Shown piece after piece: positions 55,743 through 64,000 of a stretch of 64,000 bases of DNA. The notes beneath the pieces were generated by a model that was not told the DNA's origin, made no database searches, and saw nothing but the letters and a program-made list of their open reading frames with translations. The number at the start of each line of letters is the position of its first letter. Positions within the stretch are counted from its first letter, which is position 1. This stretch comes from an uncultured Flavobacteriaceae bacterium (GTDB lineage: Bacteria > Bacteroidota > Bacteroidia > Flavobacteriales > Flavobacteriaceae). The stretch is from the NCBI GenBank assembly GCA_943789295.1, contig CALSTO010000004.1, positions 2,224 through 66,223 of the forward strand. The letters run 5' to 3'. The position numbers and the translations under genes are program-made.

Positions 55743-57218
55743 ATGAAAAAAATATTACTAACATTTTTTGCTTTAAGTTTAGTTCTTTCTTCTTGTGAAT
55801 TCGATAAAGGATTTGAAGAGTTGAACGTAAACCCAGCAAAAGCAAGTCAAATTGACGTAGCAAACAAGTTTGCCTCAGTTATTTTGCAAACATCAGGTGG
55901 TAGATATGAAAACTGGAGAGCCAGTTTGATTTATCAATCTGTAATGATTCAACATTTCTCGTCTACAGCTGGATACTGGTCTGGAGACAGATACTTTAGA
56001 AATGATGGATACGCAACTTCTTTATGGGATCGTTACTACCCATCAGCAGTTAAAGAGATCGAAGACATTAGAGCTCAATTAACATCTGAAGGCAATAGTG
56101 GGTCTGAAATGGGAATGACGCGTATATTAAGAGTGTTTATTTACTCAAGACTTACTGATCTTCACGGAGATATTCCTTACAGTGAAGCAGGTCAAGGCTA
56201 CATAAATGGTATACTAAAGCCTAAGTATGATGCTCAACAAGATATCTATATGGATATGCTTAAAGAACTTGAGGCTGCGGTTGCTCAATTAGGATCAAGC
56301 ACAACTATGGGGGCTGGAGATATTATGTTCCAAGGAAATATGGCTAAGTGGAAAGCTTGGGGTAACTCAATGATGCTAAGACTTGCAATGAGATTAACTA
56401 AAGCAGATTCAGCTACAGCGAAAGCATGGGCTGAAAAAGCTGTTGCTGCTGGAACTATGACATCTAATGATCATATAGCAATGGTTCCTCATACTGATGG
56501 ACCTGAAGGAATCAACAAAAATGGACACGGTGAAGTTTTTGATGCTGATGGAAATCCAAGAATGAGTAAAACTTTTGTTGACTGGATGAAAGACGATCCA
56601 AGATTACCAATATTAGCTGCTAGAAGATCTGATAAAAGTACTGCTATTGCGGATTTGATTGGTATGCCAAACGGAAGTACTGGTGCTACAGTTCCTGATA
56701 CTTCGATTTATGCAGAGCCAAATAGAAATGTAATTACAGGACGAGATGCTCCTATGGTTTTCCAAACTTACGCTGAAGTAAGACTTTTAAAAGCTGAAAT
56801 GGCATTTAGAGGTTGGTCAGTTCCTGGTGATGCAAAAACTCATTACGAGGCTGGAGTTAAAGCTGCTATGCAAATGCTTAGTCAACTTTATCCAAATGCT
56901 GCTGCAATTTCAGATGCTCAGGTTGCTGCATATTTAGCTGCTAAGCCTTATGATGCTGCTAAAGGATGGGAAATGATCAGTGAACAATATTGGGCTGCTA
57001 CTCTTTTAAATGAGTACGAAGCTTTTTCAAATTGGAGAAGAACTGGATACCCAACTTTAACACCTACTAACGACCCTGGAAATGTAACAGGAGGAACTAT
57101 TCCAAGAAGGTTAATTTACCCAACTGGAGAAGAGTCTACAAATGCTGACAATTTTGCTGCAGCAATTGCAAGACAAGGTCCAAACGATTTTACAACCAGA
57201 GTTTGGTGGGATAAATAA
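55743..57218 (+). CDS. susD: SusD/RagB-family lipoprotein (copy B)
   Basis: 491 aa. The first 19 residues, including lipobox LSSC, are identical to copy A. The 12-nt susC-susD spacer is also identical. Confidence 0.9.
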   Translation: MKKILLTFFALSLVLSSCEFDKGFEELNVNPAKASQIDVANKFASVILQTSGGRYENWRASLIYQSVMIQHFSSTAGYWSGDRYFRNDGYATSLWDRYYPSAVKEIEDIRAQLTSEGNSGSEMGMTRILRVFIYSRLTDLHGDIPYSEAGQGYINGILKPKYDAQQDIYMDMLKELEAAVAQLGSSTTMGAGDIMFQGNMAKWKAWGNSMMLRLAMRLTKADSATAKAWAEKAVAAGTMTSNDHIAMVPHTDGPEGINKNGHGEVFDADGNPRMSKTFVDWMKDDPRLPILAARRSDKSTAIADLIGMPNGSTGATVPDTSIYAEPNRNVITGRDAPMVFQTYAEVRLLKAEMAFRGWSVPGDAKTHYEAGVKAAMQMLSQLYPNAAAISDAQVAAYLAAKPYDAAKGWEMISEQYWAATLLNEYEAFSNWRRTGYPTLTPTNDPGNVTGGTIPRRLIYPTGEESTNADNFAAAIARQGPNDFTTRVWWDK

Positions 57219-57244
57219 GAAGATTTTTGTTTTTTATATATTCG

Positions 57245-57277
57245 AAAAAGAGGGATTAATTTCCCTCTTTTTTTTTA
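57245..57277 (+). terminator. rho-independent terminator after susD copy B
   Basis: AAAAAGAGGGA-ttaatt-TCCCTCTTTTT hairpin with a T-run, 10 nt before the next ATG. Confidence 0.55.
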
Positions 57278-57287
57278 CTTTTAATTT

Positions 57288-60200
57288 ATGAAAGTATTTC
57301 TAGTTATATTTCTTTTATTATTTAACTATTCCTTTAGCCAAGAAACAGTTTTTGAATTGTTAAATTCAAAAGAAACTGGAGTACAGTTTAATAATGTTAT
57401 TGAAGATAAAAAAGAACATAATATTTTATTGTATGCCAATTATTATGGTGGAGCTGGTGTTGGAATTGCAGACTTTGATAATGATGGTTTTCAGGATATT
57501 TATTTTGGAGGAAATTTAGTAGGTGATAAAATATATAGAAATACTGGGGATTTTATGTTTATTGATAAGACAGACGATTCAGGTATTCTTGATAACGGAT
57601 CTTGGTCTTCTGGAATCACTATAGCCGATGTAAATAATGATGGATTAGTTGATATTTATGTTAGTAAAGAGCTTTATGACGACAATCCTGAACTCAGAAA
57701 AAACAAACTTTATATTAACAAAGGAAATTTTGTCTTTGAAGAATCTTCAAAAACTTGGAGAGTAGATGTATCAGCAAGAACCAGACATGCTGTTTTTTTT
57801 GATTATAATAACGATGGCTATTTAGATTTATACTTGCTTAATCAACCACCAAACCCAGGAAGTTATTCTAAATTTTTTGGAGCTGACTTAACGTTACCAG
57901 AATATTCATTACAATTGTTTAAAAATACAGGAAATAATAACTTTATTGATGTAACAAAAGAAGCTGGGCTTAATAGAACAGGATTTCCTAATAGTGTTGT
58001 AGCCTCAGATTTAAATCAAGACGGATTTATTGATTTGTACGTAGCTAATGATTTTGATGCACCTGATTTTTTATATTATAATAATGGTGATGGAACATTT
58101 TCCTATGAAACGGAAAGCTCTTTAAAACACACTTCTTTCTACAGTATGGGTGTAGATTCAGCTGATATTAATAACGATGGTGAGTTAGATCTTATGGTTG
58201 TTGACATGACGGCAGAGGATAATTTTAGATTAAAATCTAATATGAGTGGAATGAATCCTTCGGCATTTTGGAAAGTTGTTGAAAACGGGGGTCATTTTCA
58301 ATATATGTTCAATACTCTTCAAATAAATAATGGTGACAAAACCTTTAGTGATGTCGCACAATACACTAAAACTTCATCTACAGATTGGAGTTGGGCAAAT
58401 CTGATAGCCGACTTTGATAACGATGGCTTGAAAGATATTTACGTTACAAATGGACTTTTAAGGGATATTAGAAATACAGATGCTGATAAAAAAGTTGGAG
58501 AGTTTGTTTTAAAAATAGCTGATGACTATGTAAAGAAAAATAAATCATTTGAATACAATTTGTGGGATATTTTACCTCTAGACAAAGCTCTGGAACTAGT
58601 ACCAAGTGTAAAAATTAAAAATTATTTCTATAAAAATTATGGTAACCTTGATTTTAAAAATGAAGCTAAAAGTTGGGGATTAGACCAACCTAGTTTTTCT
58701 AATGGAGCATCTTATGCTGATCTTGATAATGATGGTGATTTAGATTTAGTTGTAAATAACGTAAATGAACCTGCATTTATTTATAAAAATAATTCCAAGA
58801 AAAATAATTATTTGAGATTAGAACTCATAAATGAGAATAACAAACCTATTTTTGGATCTAAAGTTTCGATTTATAATGGAAATAAAATTCAACTTTTCGA
58901 AAGTTCTAATGTAAGAGGTATTTATTCTACAAGTGAAAACATAATTCACTTTGGATTAAGCGATTATAAAAAAGTAGATAGTTTAATTGTTACTTGGCCA
59001 AACTCTAGACAAACTAAACTGTTTGATGTAAAAGCTAATCAACTGTTAAAAGTAAATTCAAACAACTCTAAAAATTATAACTCTAAATCAAATCCTAAAG
59101 AATTGTTTTTTGAGGAAATTCCAACCAAAATTAATTATACTCATATTGAGAATTATTTTGATGATTACGAGAAACAGGTTTTATTACCACATAAATTATC
59201 TCAATTAGGCCCTGCACTTGCAGTTGCTGATGTAAATGGAGATAATTTAGACGATGTTTATATTGGATCTGCTTCCGGCAAAGTGTCAAAATTACTGATT
59301 CAAAATAATCAAGGTGAACTATTAGAATCGGAAATTAAAACCTGGGATTCACATAAAGTTTTAGAAGATATTGATGCTGTATTTCTAGATTTTGATAATG
59401 ACGGAGATAATGATCTTTATGTTGTTAGCGGAGGAAACGAATTTTCTCCAAATTCCAGTACTTACCTTGATAGAATATACATTAATGATGGTAAAGGAAA
59501 TTTCGAATTTAAAAGAAATTTATTGCCTGATGTCTATGAATCAGGCTCTGTGGTAAGACCTTACGACTTTGATAATGATGGTGATTTAGATTTATTCATT
59601 GGATCAAGAATGATTCCTTGGAACTATCCACAGCCAGCAACGAGTTATTTACTAGTTAACAATAACGGGACATACGTTAAGTATAATGATATTAATAACA
59701 GCTTAAGTGAACTAGGATTAGTTACAGACGCAGTTTGGTCTGACTACGATAATGATGGCGATAAAGATTTATTTGTTGTAGGAGAATGGATGCCATTAAC
59801 TTTAATTAAAAATCACAATGGAGTATTAAAAAAAGAAAAATTAAATGATTCTTGTGATGAAAGACGTGGATGGTGGTATTCAATTGAAAGCGCAGATTTT
59901 AACAATGATGGAAAAGAAGATTTGGTTTTAGGAAATTTAGGAAAAAATTATAAATATCAAGCAAACCCTGAAGAACCATTTGAAGTGTTTTATGATGATT
60001 TTGACGATAATGGCAGCAAGGATATTGTTTTAGCGTATTACAATTATGGTATTCAGTTTCCATTAAGAGGTTTTTCTTGTTCTTCTCAACAGATTCCAGA
60101 ATTGAAAAGCAAAATACAGAAATATGATTTGTTCGCTTCACTTGATGTTAAAGATGTATACGGAGAAGTTAATTTAGATAATGCTCTAAGATTACACGCT

Positions 60201-60572
60201 AATTCTTTTAAAAGTGTGGTACTTATAAATAAAAATTCTACATATGAATCTGTGGACCTTCCTTATCAGGCACAATTATCTTCAATAAATGATATTATTG
60301 TCGAAGATTATAATAATGACGGAAATATAGATCTTTTAGTTGCTGGCAATTTGTTTACATCTGAAGTTGAAACACCAAGAAATGATGCTAGTAATGGATT
60401 AATGCTGATTGGAAATGGTGATGGTACATTTAAGCCTAAGGCAAGAAAAGAGTCAGGATTTTTTGCTCCAAGTGATGCAAAAAAACTTAATTTAATTAAA
60501 ATAAAAAATGAACAAGGAGTTATAGTTGGAAATAACAATGATTTAATGCAGTATTTCAAAAGAATTAAGTAA
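57288..60572 (+). CDS. FG-GAP/VCBS-repeat protein with ASPIC/UnbV domain (CRTAC1-like)
   Basis: 1094 aa. More than ten Ca-binding FG-GAP loops (DFDNDGFQDIY, DVNNDGLVDIY, DYNNDGYLDLY, DLDNDGDLDLV ...). Central UnbV-like segment (LRLELINENNKPIFGSKVSIY...VTWPN). Confidence 0.85.
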   Translation: MKVFLVIFLLLFNYSFSQETVFELLNSKETGVQFNNVIEDKKEHNILLYANYYGGAGVGIADFDNDGFQDIYFGGNLVGDKIYRNTGDFMFIDKTDDSGILDNGSWSSGITIADVNNDGLVDIYVSKELYDDNPELRKNKLYINKGNFVFEESSKTWRVDVSARTRHAVFFDYNNDGYLDLYLLNQPPNPGSYSKFFGADLTLPEYSLQLFKNTGNNNFIDVTKEAGLNRTGFPNSVVASDLNQDGFIDLYVANDFDAPDFLYYNNGDGTFSYETESSLKHTSFYSMGVDSADINNDGELDLMVVDMTAEDNFRLKSNMSGMNPSAFWKVVENGGHFQYMFNTLQINNGDKTFSDVAQYTKTSSTDWSWANLIADFDNDGLKDIYVTNGLLRDIRNTDADKKVGEFVLKIADDYVKKNKSFEYNLWDILPLDKALELVPSVKIKNYFYKNYGNLDFKNEAKSWGLDQPSFSNGASYADLDNDGDLDLVVNNVNEPAFIYKNNSKKNNYLRLELINENNKPIFGSKVSIYNGNKIQLFESSNVRGIYSTSENIIHFGLSDYKKVDSLIVTWPNSRQTKLFDVKANQLLKVNSNNSKNYNSKSNPKELFFEEIPTKINYTHIENYFDDYEKQVLLPHKLSQLGPALAVADVNGDNLDDVYIGSASGKVSKLLIQNNQGELLESEIKTWDSHKVLEDIDAVFLDFDNDGDNDLYVVSGGNEFSPNSSTYLDRIYINDGKGNFEFKRNLLPDVYESGSVVRPYDFDNDGDLDLFIGSRMIPWNYPQPATSYLLVNNNGTYVKYNDINNSLSELGLVTDAVWSDYDNDGDKDLFVVGEWMPLTLIKNHNGVLKKEKLNDSCDERRGWWYSIESADFNNDGKEDLVLGNLGKNYKYQANPEEPFEVFYDDFDDNGSKDIVLAYYNYGIQFPLRGFSCSSQQIPELKSKIQKYDLFASLDVKDVYGEVNLDNALRLHANSFKSVVLINKNSTYESVDLPYQAQLSSINDIIVEDYNNDGNIDLLVAGNLFTSEVETPRNDASNGLMLIGNGDGTFKPKARKESGFFAPSDAKKLNLIKIKNEQGVIVGNNNDLMQYFKRIK

Positions 60573-60588
60573 ATTATTAAACTATCTT

Positions 60589-62259
60589 ATGAGTAACAAA
60601 ACTTTTTTAAATATTTTAATTTTAGGGTTTTTTGCTTTAGTCCTTGGTTTTATTTTTAGAGTTTTTGGAGGAAACTTACAAACTGAAAAAAAAATAAACC
60701 ATAATCCTAAACTTGTTGTTGGAATTGTAGTTGACCAGATGAAATATCAATACTTAACTAAGTATTGGAATCATTATTCTGATAAAGGTTTTAAAAGATT
60801 GATTAACGAAGGGTTTAATGCTAAAAGCAATCACTATGGGTATGCACAAACCTCTACTGGACCAGGACACACTACTGTTGCAACTGGCACTCACCCAGCA
60901 GTTCATGGAATTATTGGTAACAGTTGGTTTGATAAAAAATCAAAAAAATCAGTTTATTGTGTAGACGATTCAAATTATTCAACTGTAGGAAGCTCAACTG
61001 ATCAAGGAAAAAAATCTCCATCAAACCTACTAACAACTACATTAAGTGACGAAAATAGAGTGGCAACTAATTTTAAGGGTAAAACTATTGGAGTTGCTAT
61101 AAAAGACAGGGGGTCTATTCTATCATCTGGCCATACAGCAAACGCAGCATACTGGTTTGATTCTAAAGAAGGGAGTTTTATTTCAAGCACCTATTATTTA
61201 TCAAATTTACCTTCTTGGGCACAAGAATTTAATGATTCAAGACACATTGACAATTATTTAAAACCCTGGGAAACTTATTATGATATTTCAACCTATATAG
61301 AAAGTGGCCCTGATAATAATAATTATGAATCAAATTTTAGTGGTGAAGATAACCCTGTATTTCCTCATAACTTTAAAATTCAAAATGATAAAACGGGAGA
61401 ACCATATTATGGTTCAATTTCCTCTACTCCATTTGGAAACTCGTTAGTTACAGATTTTTCAATTAAAGCAATTGAGGGTGAAGAGCTTGGAAAAGATAAT
61501 ATTACAGACTTTCTATTAATTGATTTTTCTTCTACAGATTACGTTGGGCATCAATTTGGAGCAAATTCAAAAGAAGTTCAGGATACTTACATAAGACTTG
61601 ATAAGGAAATAGAAAAACTTTTAAATTATTTTGATAATAATATAGGGAAGAACGAGTACACTTTATTTTTGACTGCAGATCATGGTGCAACAGATGCCCC
61701 GGGATTTTTAAAAGAAAAGAAAATTCCTATTAATTATTTTAACTCAAAAAAATTTAATTATCATATTGAAAAATCATTAATTAAATTGTTTGGAAATAAA
61801 TATGTAATATCTAGTAATTCCAATCAACAAATCTTTCTAAACGACGAGCTTATTAAAAAACTTAATCTAAGTTCTAAAGTTGTAAAACAAAGCATAATAG
61901 ATGTGATACAATCTTTTCCTGGGATTGATAATGTTTATTCTTCAGAGCAAGTCATGAGTGAAATTGATGATCATTTTTTAAAGCTTATTAGAAATGGATT
62001 TAATAAAAATCTTTCAGGTGATATAGTTTATACAATAATGCCCAATTGGGTTTATTACAGAAAAGGTTCAACTCATGGTAGAAGGTTTAATCAACATACT
62101 CATGTTCCCTTAATTTTATTTGGAAATGGAATTAAAAGAGGATCAATTAGTAGAGAAACTGATGTAATTGATATTGCCCCTACAATTGCGTCTGTTTTAG
62201 GAATTAGTTCTCCAAACTCAACGACTGGAAAAGTAATATTTGAGGCTATAGATGATTAA
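60589..62259 (+). CDS. alkaline-phosphatase-superfamily enzyme (NPP/PafA-like phosphatase-phosphodiesterase)
   Basis: 556 aa, N-terminal anchor. VVDQMKY, TSTGPGHTTVATG (Thr nucleophile context), DYVGHQFG, ADHG metal ligands. Confidence 0.8.
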   Translation: MSNKTFLNILILGFFALVLGFIFRVFGGNLQTEKKINHNPKLVVGIVVDQMKYQYLTKYWNHYSDKGFKRLINEGFNAKSNHYGYAQTSTGPGHTTVATGTHPAVHGIIGNSWFDKKSKKSVYCVDDSNYSTVGSSTDQGKKSPSNLLTTTLSDENRVATNFKGKTIGVAIKDRGSILSSGHTANAAYWFDSKEGSFISSTYYLSNLPSWAQEFNDSRHIDNYLKPWETYYDISTYIESGPDNNNYESNFSGEDNPVFPHNFKIQNDKTGEPYYGSISSTPFGNSLVTDFSIKAIEGEELGKDNITDFLLIDFSSTDYVGHQFGANSKEVQDTYIRLDKEIEKLLNYFDNNIGKNEYTLFLTADHGATDAPGFLKEKKIPINYFNSKKFNYHIEKSLIKLFGNKYVISSNSNQQIFLNDELIKKLNLSSKVVKQSIIDVIQSFPGIDNVYSSEQVMSEIDDHFLKLIRNGFNKNLSGDIVYTIMPNWVYYRKGSTHGRRFNQHTHVPLILFGNGIKRGSISRETDVIDIAPTIASVLGISSPNSTTGKVIFEAIDD

Positions 62260-64000
62260 CAATCTAAAAATAGTATTAATTCGATTTCTGGCATTTATTT
62301 TAGCACTATCTAATTTGTCATGTAATGATATTTCTAGTTATGATATTATAATTGTAGGCGGTGGAACAAGCGGGGTTGTGTCAGCTATTCAGTCCTCAAG
62401 AATGGGATCCAAAACATTACTTATTGAAGAATCTAATTGGCTGGGAGGAATGATAACCTCAGCAGGTGTAAGTGCTATGGATGGGAACTATAAAATGCCC
62501 TCAGGTTTTTTAAAAGAATTTAGAGACAGTTTGGTTTCTCATTATGGGAATTTAGACAGTCTCAAAACTGGCTGGGTTAGTAATTTAATGTTTGAACCCT
62601 CTGTAGGAAATAAAATACTTAAAGAAATAGCTCAATCTGAAAAAAACTTAAAAATTCTATATGGTACTATAATTGAGGAAGTCGTAAAAGACGAAAAATT
62701 TAAGATTAAAATAAATCAAAATGACATTACATACAATTCGACAATTTTAATAGATGCAACCGAACTAGGAGATTTAATTCCCAAATTAAATCTTCCATAT
62801 TTTATTGGAATGGATTCAAGGAAAAAGTTTAATGAAGATATCGCTCCAGAATTTTCTAATAATATTATCCAAGACTTAACATATGTTATGATTTTAAAGG
62901 ATTTTAAGAAAGACATGACGATTGAAAAACCGAAAAATTATGATAGAAATGAATTTATATGCTCATACGATTCTGGAGAATGTTTTAAGAGTGATAAAAA
63001 GTTATGGTCAAAAGAAAAGTTGATCAGTTATGGCAAACTCCCAAATAACAAATACATGATTAATTGGCCAATAAATGGAAATGATTACTATTCGAATTCT
63101 ATTGAAATGACAGCCCAAGAACGTTTGTTGAGTTATGATCGTGCAAAGCAAAAATCATTAAGATTTTTGTATTTTATTCAAACTGAAATGGGATTTAATA
63201 ATCTTTCGATAGATTATAGTGAATATCCGACAAAAGATGGATTCCCTCTTATGCCATATCACCGTGAATCGAGAAGATTAAACGGAAAGATTACTCTAAC
63301 ATTAAACGATATTAAATCTCCCTATAAACAGAAAAATTCACTTTATAGAACTGGAATTGCAGTTGGAGATTATCCTGTTGATCATCACCATGGAGCTTAT
63401 TCAAACTATTCTAATCTTCCTAAGCTTGATTTTTATCCTGTTCCATCATATTCTGTTCCTTTAGGGGTTTTAATCCCCGAAAACATTGATAATTTTATGG
63501 TGATTGAAAAATCTATTTCTGTTTCTAATCTAGTGAATGGAACTTCCAGATTACAACCTGTAGTTATGCAGATTGGTCAAGCCTCAGGGGTTTTAGCTTC
63601 TTTGGCAATTTTAAAGAAAAAAAACATTGATCAAATAAACGTAAGAGAAGTTCAGCTAGAAATTTTAAAAAATAATGGATATATATTACCATATGTTGAT
63701 GTTGATACAGAGGATTTAAATTTTATTAGTTATCAAAAAATTGGAGCATGCGGTATTTTAAGATCAGAAGGTTTAAACATAGGATGGGAAAATAAAACTC
63801 TTTTTTATCCCGATTCTAATTTGGACAAAAATGATATTTATTTTGATAATTGGAAGATATTTAAATCTGAAAAAATTCCTTTTCCAGAACAAATGACAAT
63901 TAAAAATATTTTGCATTGGATTTACAAAATAAAAGAAGAACCTTATTTAAATAACAAACAATACTCTGGAATTTGGAAAAATCTAAATTTAAATAATTTT
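62252..64000 (+). CDS. FAD-dependent oxidoreductase lipoprotein (PF12831-like), 3'-truncated by window end
   Basis: Not in the ORF track. I read the frame from the ATG at 62252 to 64000 without a stop (583 codons). Lipobox LSNLSC. Dinucleotide motif IIIVGGGTSGVVSA...IEESNWLGGM. 8-nt overlap with the previous gene. Confidence 0.8.
   Translation, partial: MINNLKIVLIRFLAFILALSNLSCNDISSYDIIIVGGGTSGVVSAIQSSRMGSKTLLIEESNWLGGMITSAGVSAMDGNYKMPSGFLKEFRDSLVSHYGNLDSLKTGWVSNLMFEPSVGNKILKEIAQSEKNLKILYGTIIEEVVKDEKFKIKINQNDITYNSTILIDATELGDLIPKLNLPYFIGMDSRKKFNEDIAPEFSNNIIQDLTYVMILKDFKKDMTIEKPKNYDRNEFICSYDSGECFKSDKKLWSKEKLISYGKLPNNKYMINWPINGNDYYSNSIEMTAQERLLSYDRAKQKSLRFLYFIQTEMGFNNLSIDYSEYPTKDGFPLMPYHRESRRLNGKITLTLNDIKSPYKQKNSLYRTGIAVGDYPVDHHHGAYSNYSNLPKLDFYPVPSYSVPLGVLIPENIDNFMVIEKSISVSNLVNGTSRLQPVVMQIGQASGVLASLAILKKKNIDQINVREVQLEILKNNGYILPYVDVDTEDLNFISYQKIGACGILRSEGLNIGWENKTLFYPDSNLDKNDIYFDNWKIFKSEKIPFPEQMTIKNILHWIYKIKEEPYLNNKQYSGIWKNLNLNNF

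Larger units (their letters stand above)
52626..57218 (+). repeat. segmental duplication, copy B (susC-susD unit)
   Basis: Direct-orientation paralog of 28603..33201, about 24 kb downstream. Confidence 0.9.

Noticed and set aside
1-64000. CRISPR arrays, IS elements, rRNA genes, defence islands
   Set aside because: I scanned intergenic gaps, all of which are under about 270 nt, and the ORF content. There are no spaced repeat arrays, and no transposase, integrase, Cas or restriction-modification-like ORFs.

Overview
Strongly AT-rich, gene-dense chromosomal segment. The gene content looks like a marine Flavobacteriia (Bacteroidota) genome: SusC/SusD pairs, many lipoprotein signal peptides, a TAnnTTTG-type promoter box and several S1 sulfatases. 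No integrase, transposase, CRISPR array or rRNA is visible. From about 1 to 24.7 kb the genes are housekeeping or miscellaneous. They include acyl-CoA thioesterase, a DPP-IV-type peptidase, an MFS/Gfo-Idh-MocA/TIM-barrel sugar cassette, glmS translationally coupled to a GNA1-like acetyltransferase, fasciclin, GDPD, a PLP Cys/Met enzyme and several tiny Cys-rich metal-binding proteins, two of them below the ORF-track cutoff. From about 24.7 kb to the window end lies an accessory glycan/glycoprotein-utilisation super-locus. It holds two paralogous susC-susD units about 24 kb apart in direct orientation with a mosaic identity pattern, three sulfatases, a GH33 sialidase flanked by two beta-lactamase-fold serine hydrolases, a Tat-signal glycosylasparaginase, and a membrane/CxxCH/LRR/discoidin fusion protein. 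It also holds an SGNH esterase, a DUF285 lipoprotein, a VCBS/ASPIC protein, a PafA-like phosphatase and a FAD oxidoreductase that runs off the 3' end. Two non-canonical candidate regulators are present: a TPR-TM-LuxR one-component protein and a LytS/LytTR two-component pair. Housekeeping genes sit between the two susCD copies: tRNA-Ala(GGC) with a tandem truncated copy, amt-glnK and mscL. My best candidate for an undescribed system is this CAZyme-poor, sulfatase/sialidase/asparaginase-rich double-susCD locus with its redox-type fusion protein. All functional calls rest on motif recognition by eye and need database confirmation.
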